A DNA stretch of 54,987 nt from Candidatus Magasanikiibacteriota bacterium (GTDB taxonomy: Bacteria > Patescibacteriota > Patescibacteriia > Magasanikbacterales > GWA2-37-8). The DNA lies in assembly GCA_030650025.1 (NCBI GenBank), contig JAUSEN010000016.1:75428-130414 (forward strand), given 5' to 3'. Below are positions 8,786 to 17,705 of the stretch, in pieces (the stretch's first letter is position 1; each line of letters begins with the position of its first letter). A model generated the notes under the pieces. The model was not told the origin of the DNA, made no database searches, and saw nothing but the letters and a program-made list of their open reading frames with translations. The position numbers were made by a program, and so were the translations under genes.

Positions 8786-8872
8786 TCTTTTACCACAACC
8801 CAGTTATGGCCAAAGAGGAAGTGCCACTTTTGAACGTGTGTGGCGCACGGGAGGCGGGGTGTTTTGCAGGTA

Positions 8873-8971
8873 TCAGTCACGTGGCGGCTGAAGACAAGCC
8901 CCCATTAAGGCTACGCCAATACAAAACACCAATACAAACAGCGGGTAATTTCTCCAAATGAAATCCAGCAT
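8873..8971 (-). CDS. Candidate 32-aa hydrophobic peptide (below the ORF-track length cut-off)
   Basis: On the minus strand, AGGAGG lies 6 nt upstream of ATG. Translation is MLDFIWRNYPLFVLVFCIGVALMGACLQPPRD followed by TGA. This is one of the few clear Shine-Dalgarno sites in the window. Confidence 0.3.
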   Translation of the reverse strand: MLDFIWRNYPLFVLVFCIGVALMGACLQPPRD

Positions 8972-9027
8972 GTTCATCCTCCTGTTTTAAAGAGCGGTTG
9001 TTCGATTGGCCACTCGGTTCGGTTTTT

Positions 9028-9050
9028 CCCTGTACCAGAACGGTTCAGGG
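9028..9050. repeat. Palindrome family B, degenerate copy
   Basis: CCCTGTACCAGAACGGTTCAGGG compared with CCCTGCACCAGAACGGTGCAGGG at 35136-35158 and 46473-46495. Confidence 0.5.
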
Positions 9051-9090
9051 CTTTGCATCTTCGAACTAAACGGAACAGGTCTATGCCGAT

Positions 9091-9462
9091 ATGCTGACCG
9101 ACAAGCAGCCGATTTTGGCGTATGAGGATTTGGAGCATATGAAGGCCGGGATGCGTTCGGTATTTTATAGTACTTGGCCAGCCGAAAGGGCCCGGCGGGG
9201 TATTACCTTTAAGTCAATTTCGCGCGACTCGGCCACGGCTCGGGAATTTACTAAAAATAATATCAAGCTCCTGCGCCAATCCAAATTTATCCAAAGCGGC
9301 GATCTTAAAACCGAAATCAATATTTTTGGCAACAAGGTGGCACTCATGAGCTTGCGCGCCAAGACGCCGTTCGCGGTTTTAATTGAAGATCATGATATTG
9401 CCGAGACTTTGCGTGTGGCGTGGGTTGAGCTGTGGGAGCGGTTGGGGCCAGTGATGGGATAA
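9091..9462 (+). CDS. Stand-alone C-terminal domain of a TrmB-like regulator (truncated paralog of 48233..48976; possible gene remnant)
   Basis: The last ~95 aa align by eye with the C-terminus of the TrmB-like protein. For example, IFGNKVALMSL...AETLRVAWVELWERL matches IWKNKIAQFSI...ANMQRAWFEALWERL. No N-terminal winged-helix region is present. Confidence 0.55.
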   Translation: MLTDKQPILAYEDLEHMKAGMRSVFYSTWPAERARRGITFKSISRDSATAREFTKNNIKLLRQSKFIQSGDLKTEINIFGNKVALMSLRAKTPFAVLIEDHDIAETLRVAWVELWERLGPVMG

Positions 9463-9597
9463 GCAGTTGACAACTTTGTTGATAAGTTGGGAATTTTTTT
9501 TGACAAGTTTAGGCCTGCATAAGTTAAGGCCTTGATTTAATTGTTCATTTGCGCTATAATGCAGTATCTAAAGCAGTTTGTTTTTTTTGTATAAAGT

Positions 9598-11451
9598 ATG
9601 AAATATTTCGCGAAGAATTTCCTCATTGTTTTTTTGGCTTTGTTTTTAATTGCCGGAGTTTTGGGCATGATTAAATCTGGAGAGAGCAAGAAACCGGAAA
9701 CGGTTGGCGTCGCTAAACTGGTGGAAGAAATTAATGCCGGAGCGGTAAAACAAATTACGATTCAGGGCGACCTTTTGAAAGTGGTGTTAAAAGACGAGAA
9801 GGCCAAGCCGCAAGAGATTAAAAAAGAAAGCCGGGAGTCGTTTGGCGACATCATGAAGAACTACGGCGTGACTGACGAAGCGCGCAAAAATATTCAGGTG
9901 GAAGTGAAAGAAGACAGCGCCTGGAAGGTGTGGGCGATCAATATTATTCCGGCGCTTTTGCCCTTAATTTTGATAATGGTATTTTTCTTTTTCATGAGCC
10001 GCGGCGTCGCGGGAATGAACAACAAGGCCATGGGTTTTGGCACTAGCAATCCGCGCGAAGTTAAGCCGGATGAGCAGAAAGACAAGAAAACTTTCGCCGA
10101 TGTGGCCGGGGCTAAAGAGGCTAAGCAAGAGCTGGAAGAAGTGGTGGATTTTTTGAAAGATCAAAAAAAGTTTGTTGCCATGGGCGCGAAGATTCCGAAG
10201 GGCGTATTATTAATGGGGGCCCCTGGTACCGGCAAAACACTTTTAGCTAAGGCGGTTGCGGGCGAGGCGAGCGTACCCTTTTTTCACATGAGCGGCTCGG
10301 AATTTGTGGAAATGTTTGTGGGGGTGGGCGCGTCGCGCGTTCGGGATTTATTTTCTAAAGCCAAAAAAGCGGCTCCGGCGATTGTTTTTATTGATGAAAT
10401 TGACGCGGTTGGCCGCCGGCGCGGCGCGGGCTTAGGCGGCGGGCATGATGAGCGCGAGCAGACCTTGAACCAAATTTTAGTAGAAATGGATGGGTTTGAC
10501 CCTAACTCCGGCGTGATTGTGATGGCCGCCACGAACCGGCCCGATGTCTTAGACCCGGCGTTACTCCGGCCCGGGCGGTTTGATCGCCGGGTTATTATTG
10601 ACATGCCTGATATTAAAGATCGCGAAGAAAATTTGCAGATTCATGCCAAGGGCAAACCACTCGCGAGCGATGTTAATATTCGCATTATCGCGGAGCGGAC
10701 GCCCGGATTCTCGGGGGCGGATTTGGCGAACCTCATGAATGAAGCGGCGATTTTGGCAGTGCGCCGCAGCCGTAAGGATATTACCATGGACGAAATTTTG
10801 AATAGTGTGGAAAAGGTAATGCTCGGGCCGGAGCGAAAGAGCCGAGTGATCACGGATCGTGATAAAAACATGACCGCGTACCACGAAGCCGGGCACGCGA
10901 TTGTTGGCTTTATTCTCCCTAATTCCGATCCGGTACGCAAAGTGTCCATAATTAGTCGCGGCGCGGCCGGGGGCTACACTTTGAAAATGCCGAGCGAAGA
11001 TAAACACTACCACACCTTAGCGCAGTTTAAAGATGAAATTGCCATGGCGATGGGAGGATACGTGGCCGAGAAAATGATTTTTGGCGAGGCCAATGTTTCA
11101 ACCGGCCCATCGAGCGACCTCAAAAGCGCTACTAAAATCGCGCGCGACATGGTGACGCGCTATGGCATGAGCGCGCTACTTGGCCCGCGGACGTTTGGCG
11201 ACCACGAGGAACTGGTGTTTTTGGGCGGCCGTACTCAAGAAGATAGAGACTACAGCGAAAAAACAGCCGTGGAAATTGACGCGGAAATGCGCGCCCTGGT
11301 TGAGGAAGGGCAAGAGCGGGCTAAACAGGTGATTTCCAGCCACAAGGATAAGCTGGAAGCCATGGTGAAAGTTTTGTTGATAAAAGAAACTATGGAACAG
11401 GCGGATATTGAAGCAGTAATGGGCGGGCCGCAGAAAAAGAATATATCTTAA
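9598..11451 (+). CDS. ftsH: ATP-dependent zinc metalloprotease FtsH
   Basis: 617 aa. Has two TM helices, AAA+ Walker A (GAPGTGKT), Walker B (IVFIDEIDA), SRH ([19 protein letters not shown]) and the zinc site HEAGHA. Confidence 0.97.
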   Translation: MKYFAKNFLIVFLALFLIAGVLGMIKSGESKKPETVGVAKLVEEINAGAVKQITIQGDLLKVVLKDEKAKPQEIKKESRESFGDIMKNYGVTDEARKNIQVEVKEDSAWKVWAINIIPALLPLILIMVFFFFMSRGVAGMNNKAMGFGTSNPREVKPDEQKDKKTFADVAGAKEAKQELEEVVDFLKDQKKFVAMGAKIPKGVLLMGAPGTGKTLLAKAVAGEASVPFFHMSGSEFVEMFVGVGASRVRDLFSKAKKAAPAIVFIDEIDAVGRRRGAGLGGGHDEREQTLNQILVEMDGFDPNSGVIVMAATNRPDVLDPALLRPGRFDRRVIIDMPDIKDREENLQIHAKGKPLASDVNIRIIAERTPGFSGADLANLMNEAAILAVRRSRKDITMDEILNSVEKVMLGPERKSRVITDRDKNMTAYHEAGHAIVGFILPNSDPVRKVSIISRGAAGGYTLKMPSEDKHYHTLAQFKDEIAMAMGGYVAEKMIFGEANVSTGPSSDLKSATKIARDMVTRYGMSALLGPRTFGDHEELVFLGGRTQEDRDYSEKTAVEIDAEMRALVEEGQERAKQVISSHKDKLEAMVKVLLIKETMEQADIEAVMGGPQKKNIS

Positions 11452-11460
11452 TTTTTAAAA

Positions 11461-11489
11461 CAGCCCCTTGACGCTCGGGGCTGTTTTTT
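11461..11489 (+). terminator. Intrinsic terminator after ftsH
   Basis: CAGCCCC-ttgacgctc-GGGGCTG followed by TTTTTT. The loop is related to the family G loop. Confidence 0.75.
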
Positions 11490-11553
11490 ATTTTTGACTA
11501 AAACATGGTATAATATAGAATCGCCATTTAGTAATCTATATCTGCCAAATCAT

Positions 11554-12507
11554 ATGCTCGAGCCAACTTATCGCCAGGCACTCTCGCACGCGTGGAGGCT
11601 AACGTGGCATCACAAAATGGTCTGGATTATCGGCCTCTTGTCTTTGTTTTTAGGGCAACTCGGTCTTAGCAATTTTATCGGCCAATTTATTTCTCAAGCT
11701 TTAACGGACGATACGTGGTGGCCAAAACAATTGGGGGTTATTTTGATTTCCACTAACGAGCAGTGGTTTTGGTTTATTTGGGCTTTAATCATAGTGGCCG
11801 CGGCGGCTTTGTTTATTTTAGTGGCCGCGGTTTGCGCCCAAGGGGCGTTATTTGTGATTGCGATTCGTTGGTACCGAACCCATTTGGTGCCCTCTTTATC
11901 CAGCGCTTGGCACGAGGGGGCGAAACATTTTTGGGGAGTCTTGGCGATAAATTTTTTGGAAAAAGTTACGTTGAGTGCGCTGTTGGCAACAGTTTTGCTC
12001 TCGCTTAGTTTATTTTCGCCAGGTACGACGGCTGGTCTTTTTGGGCAAATTCTTGTGGTGGCCGCCGGCATATTCTTGGCTTTAATTATATCGACCGTGA
12101 CAATTTACGCGCTCGGGTTTACGGTGGTTGACGAGGTCCCCGTGGTGGAGGCAGTCTGGCGGGGCTATAGTTTATTTAAGCACCATGTTTTAGTTTCGCT
12201 CGAGCTTTCGGCGCTGTTACTACTCTGCAACGCGGTGGTAATAGCGGTGGTGTCGTTCGCCTTAATTCTGGCTTTGATCCCGACTTCGTTATTTACACTC
12301 GCGGTAGGGTTCACGGGTTACACTTCTTTGCTGGTGGTTTCGGTAACATTGTATTTGTTTGTGGTGTGCTTTTTACTCGGAGTAATCGGGGCGGCTTATA
12401 ACACTTTTACCACGGCGTCTTGGGTGTATTTGTTTATGAAAATGCACCACGAGGGGCTAGTGAGCCGCCTCCTGCATCACACGGGTAAATTATTCTCCAA
12501 AAAATAA
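11554..12507 (+). CDS. Polytopic membrane protein, function unknown
   Basis: About 7 predicted TM helices. The track start at 11494 is a TTG lying inside a TGgTATAAT extended -10 box, so the in-frame ATG at 11554 is preferred. Confidence 0.55.
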   Translation: MLEPTYRQALSHAWRLTWHHKMVWIIGLLSLFLGQLGLSNFIGQFISQALTDDTWWPKQLGVILISTNEQWFWFIWALIIVAAAALFILVAAVCAQGALFVIAIRWYRTHLVPSLSSAWHEGAKHFWGVLAINFLEKVTLSALLATVLLSLSLFSPGTTAGLFGQILVVAAGIFLALIISTVTIYALGFTVVDEVPVVEAVWRGYSLFKHHVLVSLELSALLLLCNAVVIAVVSFALILALIPTSLFTLAVGFTGYTSLLVVSVTLYLFVVCFLLGVIGAAYNTFTTASWVYLFMKMHHEGLVSRLLHHTGKLFSKK

Positions 12508-12531
12508 GGTGTAGTTTTCCAAATATTTGTT

Positions 12532-14250
12532 ATGACATCGGATTTTCCTTCTATTTCTGATTTAGCCAGTAAAGCGGGCGCGCCGGTTTTGAATGCGCAA
12601 GGCACGCAAGGGGCACAGACAAAATTTACAGAGAAGATGAAGGAGATTGGCATAAAAGAAAAAGAAGCGATTGTCGCCCAAAACGCCGGCGCGCAAAATT
12701 TGCCGTATATTGATTTGGCCAAGTTCGCGATCGCGGCTGAAGCGCTTAAAGTTTTGCCCCAGGAGCTCGCGACCGAAGCCAAGGCGGTATGTTTTTTCTT
12801 TACCGCCGAAGAAATTCGTTTAGGGACCGTGGAATTTACTCCCGATATTGAAGAATTAGCTTACCAAATTGGGGAACGCCACCACGCGCACGTGGGTGTT
12901 TATTTAATTTCTCAAAATAGCTGGGAGCACGCTTTAAAACTGTACGCTAATTTGCCAATTGTTAAGGCCGTCTCTAAAGAAATTAATATTACCGATGAAG
13001 AGCTTAATCGCTACGCTTTAAACATAGGCAATCTAAGCAGCATTCATGAGGCGTTTAAGCAAGTTTCGATTACTGATATTTTGACTTTAATGATCGCCTC
13101 GGCTTTAAAAGTTAGCGCCTCGGATATTCATGTGGAAGCCGAAGAAGAGGGAATCAAGGTGCGGTACCGTATTGATGGCGTGCTTCAGGACGTGGCCGAG
13201 CTCCCCAAGGATCAGTGGAAGCGGTTTGTGTCGCGTATTAAACTTTTGGCCGCTTTAAAAATTAACATTACGGACCGGCCGCAAGATGGGCGCGTGACTT
13301 TGAAACTTTCTCAAAATAGCCTGGACGTGCGCGTGTCCACCATGCCAACTATTCATGGCGAATCCGTGGTGATGCGTATTTTGCACAGCGGCAGTAAGGG
13401 TGTGACGTTTGATGAACTCGGCATTCGCGGCGAAGCGTACGTGCGCCTCAAGCACGAGGTAGAGCGCCCGACGGGCATGATAATCACCACGGGGCCGACC
13501 GGCAGCGGTAAAACCACTTCACTGTACGCTATTTTGCGCACGCTGAATAAGCCGGATGTTAAAATCATTACGCTCGAAGATCCGATTGAAATTAAAATGG
13601 AAGGCATTAACCAAAGCCAAGTGGACGCGGCCCGCGATTACACTTTTGCCAAGGGCCTGCGCAGTATTTTGCGGCAGGATCCGGACATTTGCATGGTGGG
13701 TGAAATTCGCGATTTGGAAACCGCGGAAATCGCTATTCAAGCGGCCTTGACCGGGCACCTGATGCTTTCGACCATTCATACCAACAGCGCCTCGGGCGCG
13801 ATTCCGCGTTTTCTTTCTATGGGAGTGAAGCCGTTTTTGTTGGCTCCGTCACTCAATTCCATAATTGGGCAGAGACTAGTCCGGCGGATTTGCCCGGATT
13901 GTGTCGAAGAAACAGAACTTCCGAGCGATACGCTAGAGCGAGTTGGTAAGGTACTGCAAGAATTGCCGGACAAAGAAAAAGCGAATGTGAATTTTACAGA
14001 TTTGCATTTTTATAAAGGTAAGGGTTGTGAGGTTTGTAGCGGCCTGGGGTTTAAGGGCCGGGTGGGAGTTTATGAAATTTTTACCATGAATAAAGAAATT
14101 GAAGAGGTAATTTTGTCGGGCAAAGTTTCGGAATATACGATTCAGGAATTGGCCGTAAAACAGGGCATGATTACCATGGCGCAAGATGGTATTTTAAAGG
14201 CCCTCGACAAAATTACGACTGTCGAAGAAGTGTTTAGGGTTACGGAATAG
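12532..14250 (+). CDS. Type II secretion / type IV pilus assembly ATPase (GspE/PilB family)
   Basis: 572 aa. Has an N-terminal T2SSE_N-like region, Walker A GPTGSGKTT, Asp box, Walker B, His box (STIHTN) and the tetracysteine motif (CPDC...CEVC). Confidence 0.9.
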   Translation: MTSDFPSISDLASKAGAPVLNAQGTQGAQTKFTEKMKEIGIKEKEAIVAQNAGAQNLPYIDLAKFAIAAEALKVLPQELATEAKAVCFFFTAEEIRLGTVEFTPDIEELAYQIGERHHAHVGVYLISQNSWEHALKLYANLPIVKAVSKEINITDEELNRYALNIGNLSSIHEAFKQVSITDILTLMIASALKVSASDIHVEAEEEGIKVRYRIDGVLQDVAELPKDQWKRFVSRIKLLAALKINITDRPQDGRVTLKLSQNSLDVRVSTMPTIHGESVVMRILHSGSKGVTFDELGIRGEAYVRLKHEVERPTGMIITTGPTGSGKTTSLYAILRTLNKPDVKIITLEDPIEIKMEGINQSQVDAARDYTFAKGLRSILRQDPDICMVGEIRDLETAEIAIQAALTGHLMLSTIHTNSASGAIPRFLSMGVKPFLLAPSLNSIIGQRLVRRICPDCVEETELPSDTLERVGKVLQELPDKEKANVNFTDLHFYKGKGCEVCSGLGFKGRVGVYEIFTMNKEIEEVILSGKVSEYTIQELAVKQGMITMAQDGILKALDKITTVEEVFRVTE

Positions 14251-14304
14251 GTGGTTTTGTGGTATAATGTAAGTAGTAATAATTTAATTTTATGTCGTGC
14301 AGTT

Positions 14305-14356
14305 TTGCGCCGCGCTTCAGCGGACATTGCGCGGCACGATTTTGTTAAATCGTATG
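14305..14356 (+). promoter_or_regulatory. Double-hairpin leader element, copy A (family D), ending at the probable start codon
   Basis: TTGCGCCGCGCTTCAGCGGACATTGCGCGGCACGATTTTGTTAAATCGTATG. It is 44/52 identical to 32162-32213. It lies downstream of a TGgTATAAT box at 14261-14269. Confidence 0.55.
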
Positions 14357-15502
14357 ATGACATATCGTTTTGCCACGCAACCAGAGACCCCGACGCCACC
14401 GGTCAGGATTTATAAGTGGATAGCATTATCGTTTTTGGTTATAACGGTGGTTTTGTTTGTGGTGATTGTGTTTATGCTGTCAAAAAAGGTAACGGTGACT
14501 GTGGTCGCTAAAGAGGATATTAAAAGCGTGGCGATGACGGTAAAAGTGCAACCCAAGGCGCTCCTGGGCGCGATCGGGGGAACAGTGACCACCACGCCTT
14601 TTGCTTGGTCCGAAGTCTTTCGGCCTACTGGCACTAAAGCGCAAGTGGGGTTAGCCACGGGCCAAGTGATACTTTACAATAAAACTACTGCCCCGCAAGG
14701 TTTAGTAAAAATTACTCGCTTGCTGTCTCCGGATGGCGTGTTATTTCATTTGAGCGATAAAGTGACGGTACCGGCGAATGGCCAGGTAACGGCGAATGTT
14801 TACGCGGATAAAGAAGGCGCCGCGAGCGAGATCAAGCCCACTACCTTTACTATCCCCGGGCTCTCGCCCGAAAAGCAGAAAGTAATTTACGCGGAGAGCA
14901 AAGAGCCGATGAAAGGCGGCACCACCTTGGTCGGCATGCTCACGAGCGAAGACGTTAATAGCGCCACCAAACAATATAAAGATAAGGCGACCGAGGCGTT
15001 TTGGAACAGTGTTTCGAGTACTTTGCCAAAGGATAATAAATACGTAGTCACAGTGAGCGTGAAAGAAGTTACTATTAATCATAAACCCGGTGAGGAAGTG
15101 AGTGAATTTATTATCAGCGGGACCAGTACGGCGGCGGTAGTGGCTTATAAAGAGAGCGATTTAGTCGCGATTTTAGAAGAGGCCATAAGCCAAAAGGTAG
15201 ATGTTAATAGCGAGAAAGTGATTTCTTTAGACAAAAATCCCAAAGTTACGCTCGCCCAGTTTGACGCGTTGAAGGGCACCGCGGACCTCTCGATAAAACA
15301 AAATTTAGTGGTGACGGTAAACCCGGATGGAGAGGCGCTCGCGGCGCGTAATTTTATGGGCAAGAAGAAAGATGAAATCGAGCGCTATATTATGGGGGTA
15401 GATCATGTTTACGCGGTGGATGTTAAGTTCAGTCCTTCTTGGATTTCTACCGCGCCATCGGTACCGGATCGAATTAAAGTGATTGTGAAGAGTGTGAAAT
15501 AA
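14354..15502 (+). CDS. Hypothetical N-terminally anchored extracytoplasmic protein
   Basis: One TM helix (WIALSFLVITVVLFVVIVFML) followed by a beta-rich Thr/Val/Lys-rich domain. The track start at 14297 (GTG) lies in the repeat element, so the ATG at 14354 is preferred. Confidence 0.55.
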   Translation: MMTYRFATQPETPTPPVRIYKWIALSFLVITVVLFVVIVFMLSKKVTVTVVAKEDIKSVAMTVKVQPKALLGAIGGTVTTTPFAWSEVFRPTGTKAQVGLATGQVILYNKTTAPQGLVKITRLLSPDGVLFHLSDKVTVPANGQVTANVYADKEGAASEIKPTTFTIPGLSPEKQKVIYAESKEPMKGGTTLVGMLTSEDVNSATKQYKDKATEAFWNSVSSTLPKDNKYVVTVSVKEVTINHKPGEEVSEFIISGTSTAAVVAYKESDLVAILEEAISQKVDVNSEKVISLDKNPKVTLAQFDALKGTADLSIKQNLVVTVNPDGEALAARNFMGKKKDEIERYIMGVDHVYAVDVKFSPSWISTAPSVPDRIKVIVKSVK

Positions 15503-15613
15503 TGAGCTAAATGTTAGCTGACTGATTGGACGCTGTCGCTATGGGTAAGATGAGTTCGCTCGTCCGCTGGTCATCTTGGCGATGACGCAGCGGGCTATGC
15601 GATGGTAAGGTTA

Positions 15614-15642
15614 TTGACAAAGAAAAATAGTTGTAGTAGACT
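15614..15642 (+). promoter_or_regulatory. Promoter candidate for the thrS leader
   Basis: TTGACA (15614-15619), a 17-nt spacer, then TAGACT (15637-15642). Confidence 0.5.
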
Positions 15643-15649
15643 AGATATA

Positions 15650-15847
15650 CTCGATAGGCAAGGGCTACCAACCTTTGCAGCGCAGAAAACCAACGGCCGT
15701 GCACCTCAAGTGGCGCATGGTAAAAATGAGTTAAATATTCGGGTGGAACCGTCCTACGCTCCTTCGGAGCTTCGGACGGCAAGCCGTCAGAAGCTTGCTG
15801 TTATCTAGGACCCCGGTATCTCTAGTTTTGAGATAGCGGGTTTTTTG
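15650..15847 (+). promoter_or_regulatory. T-box riboswitch leader (Thr-specific candidate) with terminator/antiterminator
   Basis: - T-box motif: AAUAUUCGGGUGGAACCGUCC at 15733-15753, matching the consensus GGGUGGUACCGCG.
- Antiterminator: the CGGG 5' arm can pair with CCCG at 15811-15814.
- Terminator: that same CCCG is also the 5' arm of CCCGGTATCTC-tagtttt-GAGATAGCGGG plus TTTTTT (15811-15847).
- Specifier: candidate ACC within GAAAACCAA at 15685-15693.
- Context: lies directly upstream of thrS. Confidence 0.7.
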
Positions 15848-15945
15848 TTAACGACCAAAATTTACGAAGTAAATTTTGAGTCAGTTAACAACCCCGTCGA
15901 ATGACGGGGTAGCTAATATATATAATTTTAAGCAAATTTAAATAT

Positions 15946-17688
15946 ATGGATCAAGAACAACTTCAACAAGCTCGTCATTCCTGTGCGCACCTTTTGGCCG
16001 CGGCGGTGCGGAGTATTTGGCCGCAGGCGCTCAATGCTATCGGCCCGGCCATTGAAAGTGGTTTTTATCAGGATTTTGATATGGGAGATGTTACTGTATC
16101 CGAAGCAGATTTGCCGAAGATAGAGGAAAAAATGCGCGAGCTGGTAAAGCAGTGGGGGCCGTTTCAAACCATGGAAGTAAGCGTAGAACAGGCGCGGAAA
16201 GATTTTTCGTATAATAAATACAAACTGGAATTAATAGAGGAGTTTGCGGAAGGTGGAAAAAAGATTACGGAAAATGACCCAGGTAATTTTTTGGATTTGT
16301 GCAAAGGCGGGCACAGTGGTGACCCACAAAAGGAGTTGCGGCATTTTAAACTTTTGAGTTTAGCCGGGGCTTATTGGCGCGGTAGCGAAAAAAACAAAAT
16401 GTTGACGCGTATTTATGGCACTGCCTGGCCGACCAAAGACGAACTCATGAAGCATTTGAACATGATCGAGGAAGCCAAAAAACGCGATCATCGGAAATTA
16501 GGCAAAGAGATGGGCTTGTTTGTTTTTTCGGATTTAGTAGGTTCGGGTATGCCTCTGTTTACGCCCAAAGGCGCGCTGGTGCGTAGCCAAATCGTGCAAT
16601 ATTCTCGGGATTTAAATACCAAGATTGGCTTTGGTGAGGTGCATACACCAAATATTAACAAAGGCGAATTATTTAAGATTTCAGGGCATTATGATAAGTA
16701 TAAAGACGACATGCTTATGGTAAAAACTCATTATTCGGATGAAGAATATTTTTTGAAACCCATGAATTGCCCGCAGCATACTCAAATTTACGCTTCGTCC
16801 ATGCGAAGTTTTCGCGATTTGCCAATTAGGTACTCGGATTTTGCGAATTTGTATCGCGACGAACAGCCGGGCGAACTTTCGGGTCTCACGCGCCTCCGCA
16901 GTTTTTGCCAGGATGATGGCCACTGCTTTTGCCGTGAGGACCAAATTGCCGAAGAGTTTAGCAATGTTTTGGGCGTTATCAAAGAGGCGCTGGCAACTTA
17001 TGGCCTAAATTATTGGATTAGGCTGTCCTTGAGCGACCAAAAACAGCCGGAGAAATATTTGGGCGATCGCGACACTTGGCAAAAAGCCGAAGCGACTTTG
17101 CGTGAACTGCTGAAAAAAAATAAGGTTGAGCATAAAGAAGCTATTGGTGAAGCGGCTTTTTACGGGCCGAAGATGGATATCATCGCCAAAGATTCACTGG
17201 GGCGTGAGTGGCAGATTTCGACAATCCAGTTAGATTTAAATATGCCGGCGCGTTTTGGTTTAAAATATATTGATTCTGATGGTAAAGAAAAAACTCCGGT
17301 TATGATTCATCGCGCGTTAGTTGGCTCTCCAGAGCGGTTTATGGGTATTTTGATAGAGCATTTTGCCGGCGCCTTCCCCGTGTGGCTTGCGCCGGTGCAA
17401 GTAGCGTTGTTACCAGTTTCGGAAAAGCATGTAGCGGGAGCGCAAAAAATTGCTGCGGAATTTAGGGCGGCAGGAATACGCGTGGAGACAGACACGGCGG
17501 ACGAGACTGTAGGCAAAAAAGTGCGTAATGCCGCTAAGCAAAAAGTGCCCTATATAGTAGTGATGGGTGATCGGGAGTTGGAGGGCGGGGAGTGGGCGGT
17601 GCGGGTGCGGGGCGTTGAGGAACAATTGCCAATACAAAAATTAGACTTTATTGCGCGAGTACAGGATGAGATTAAAAAGCGCCGTTAA
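15946..17688 (+). CDS. thrS: Threonine--tRNA ligase (no N-terminal TGS domain)
   Basis: 580 aa. Starts in the editing domain (HSCAHLLAAAV). Has class II motifs (FRDLPIRYSDFANLYRDE, GEAAFYGPKMD) and a C-terminal anticodon-binding domain. Confidence 0.95.
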   Translation: MDQEQLQQARHSCAHLLAAAVRSIWPQALNAIGPAIESGFYQDFDMGDVTVSEADLPKIEEKMRELVKQWGPFQTMEVSVEQARKDFSYNKYKLELIEEFAEGGKKITENDPGNFLDLCKGGHSGDPQKELRHFKLLSLAGAYWRGSEKNKMLTRIYGTAWPTKDELMKHLNMIEEAKKRDHRKLGKEMGLFVFSDLVGSGMPLFTPKGALVRSQIVQYSRDLNTKIGFGEVHTPNINKGELFKISGHYDKYKDDMLMVKTHYSDEEYFLKPMNCPQHTQIYASSMRSFRDLPIRYSDFANLYRDEQPGELSGLTRLRSFCQDDGHCFCREDQIAEEFSNVLGVIKEALATYGLNYWIRLSLSDQKQPEKYLGDRDTWQKAEATLRELLKKNKVEHKEAIGEAAFYGPKMDIIAKDSLGREWQISTIQLDLNMPARFGLKYIDSDGKEKTPVMIHRALVGSPERFMGILIEHFAGAFPVWLAPVQVALLPVSEKHVAGAQKIAAEFRAAGIRVETDTADETVGKKVRNAAKQKVPYIVVMGDRELEGGEWAVRVRGVEEQLPIQKLDFIARVQDEIKKRR

Positions 17689-17705
17689 CGATTAACGATA
17701 GCAAT

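Noticed and set aside
8743-8961. 72-aa plus-strand ORF after the RelE-like toxin gene
   Set aside because: It starts inside the terminator hairpin (8748-8785), has no RBS, and its sequence has no family resemblance. The opposite strand carries a better-supported small ORF with a perfect AGGAGG.
15507-15808. 91-aa (-) and 68-aa (+) ORFs between the 14354..15502 gene and thrS
   Set aside because: The region is better explained as the promoter plus T-box leader plus terminator of thrS. The ORFs cross the conserved T-box motif and stem-loops.
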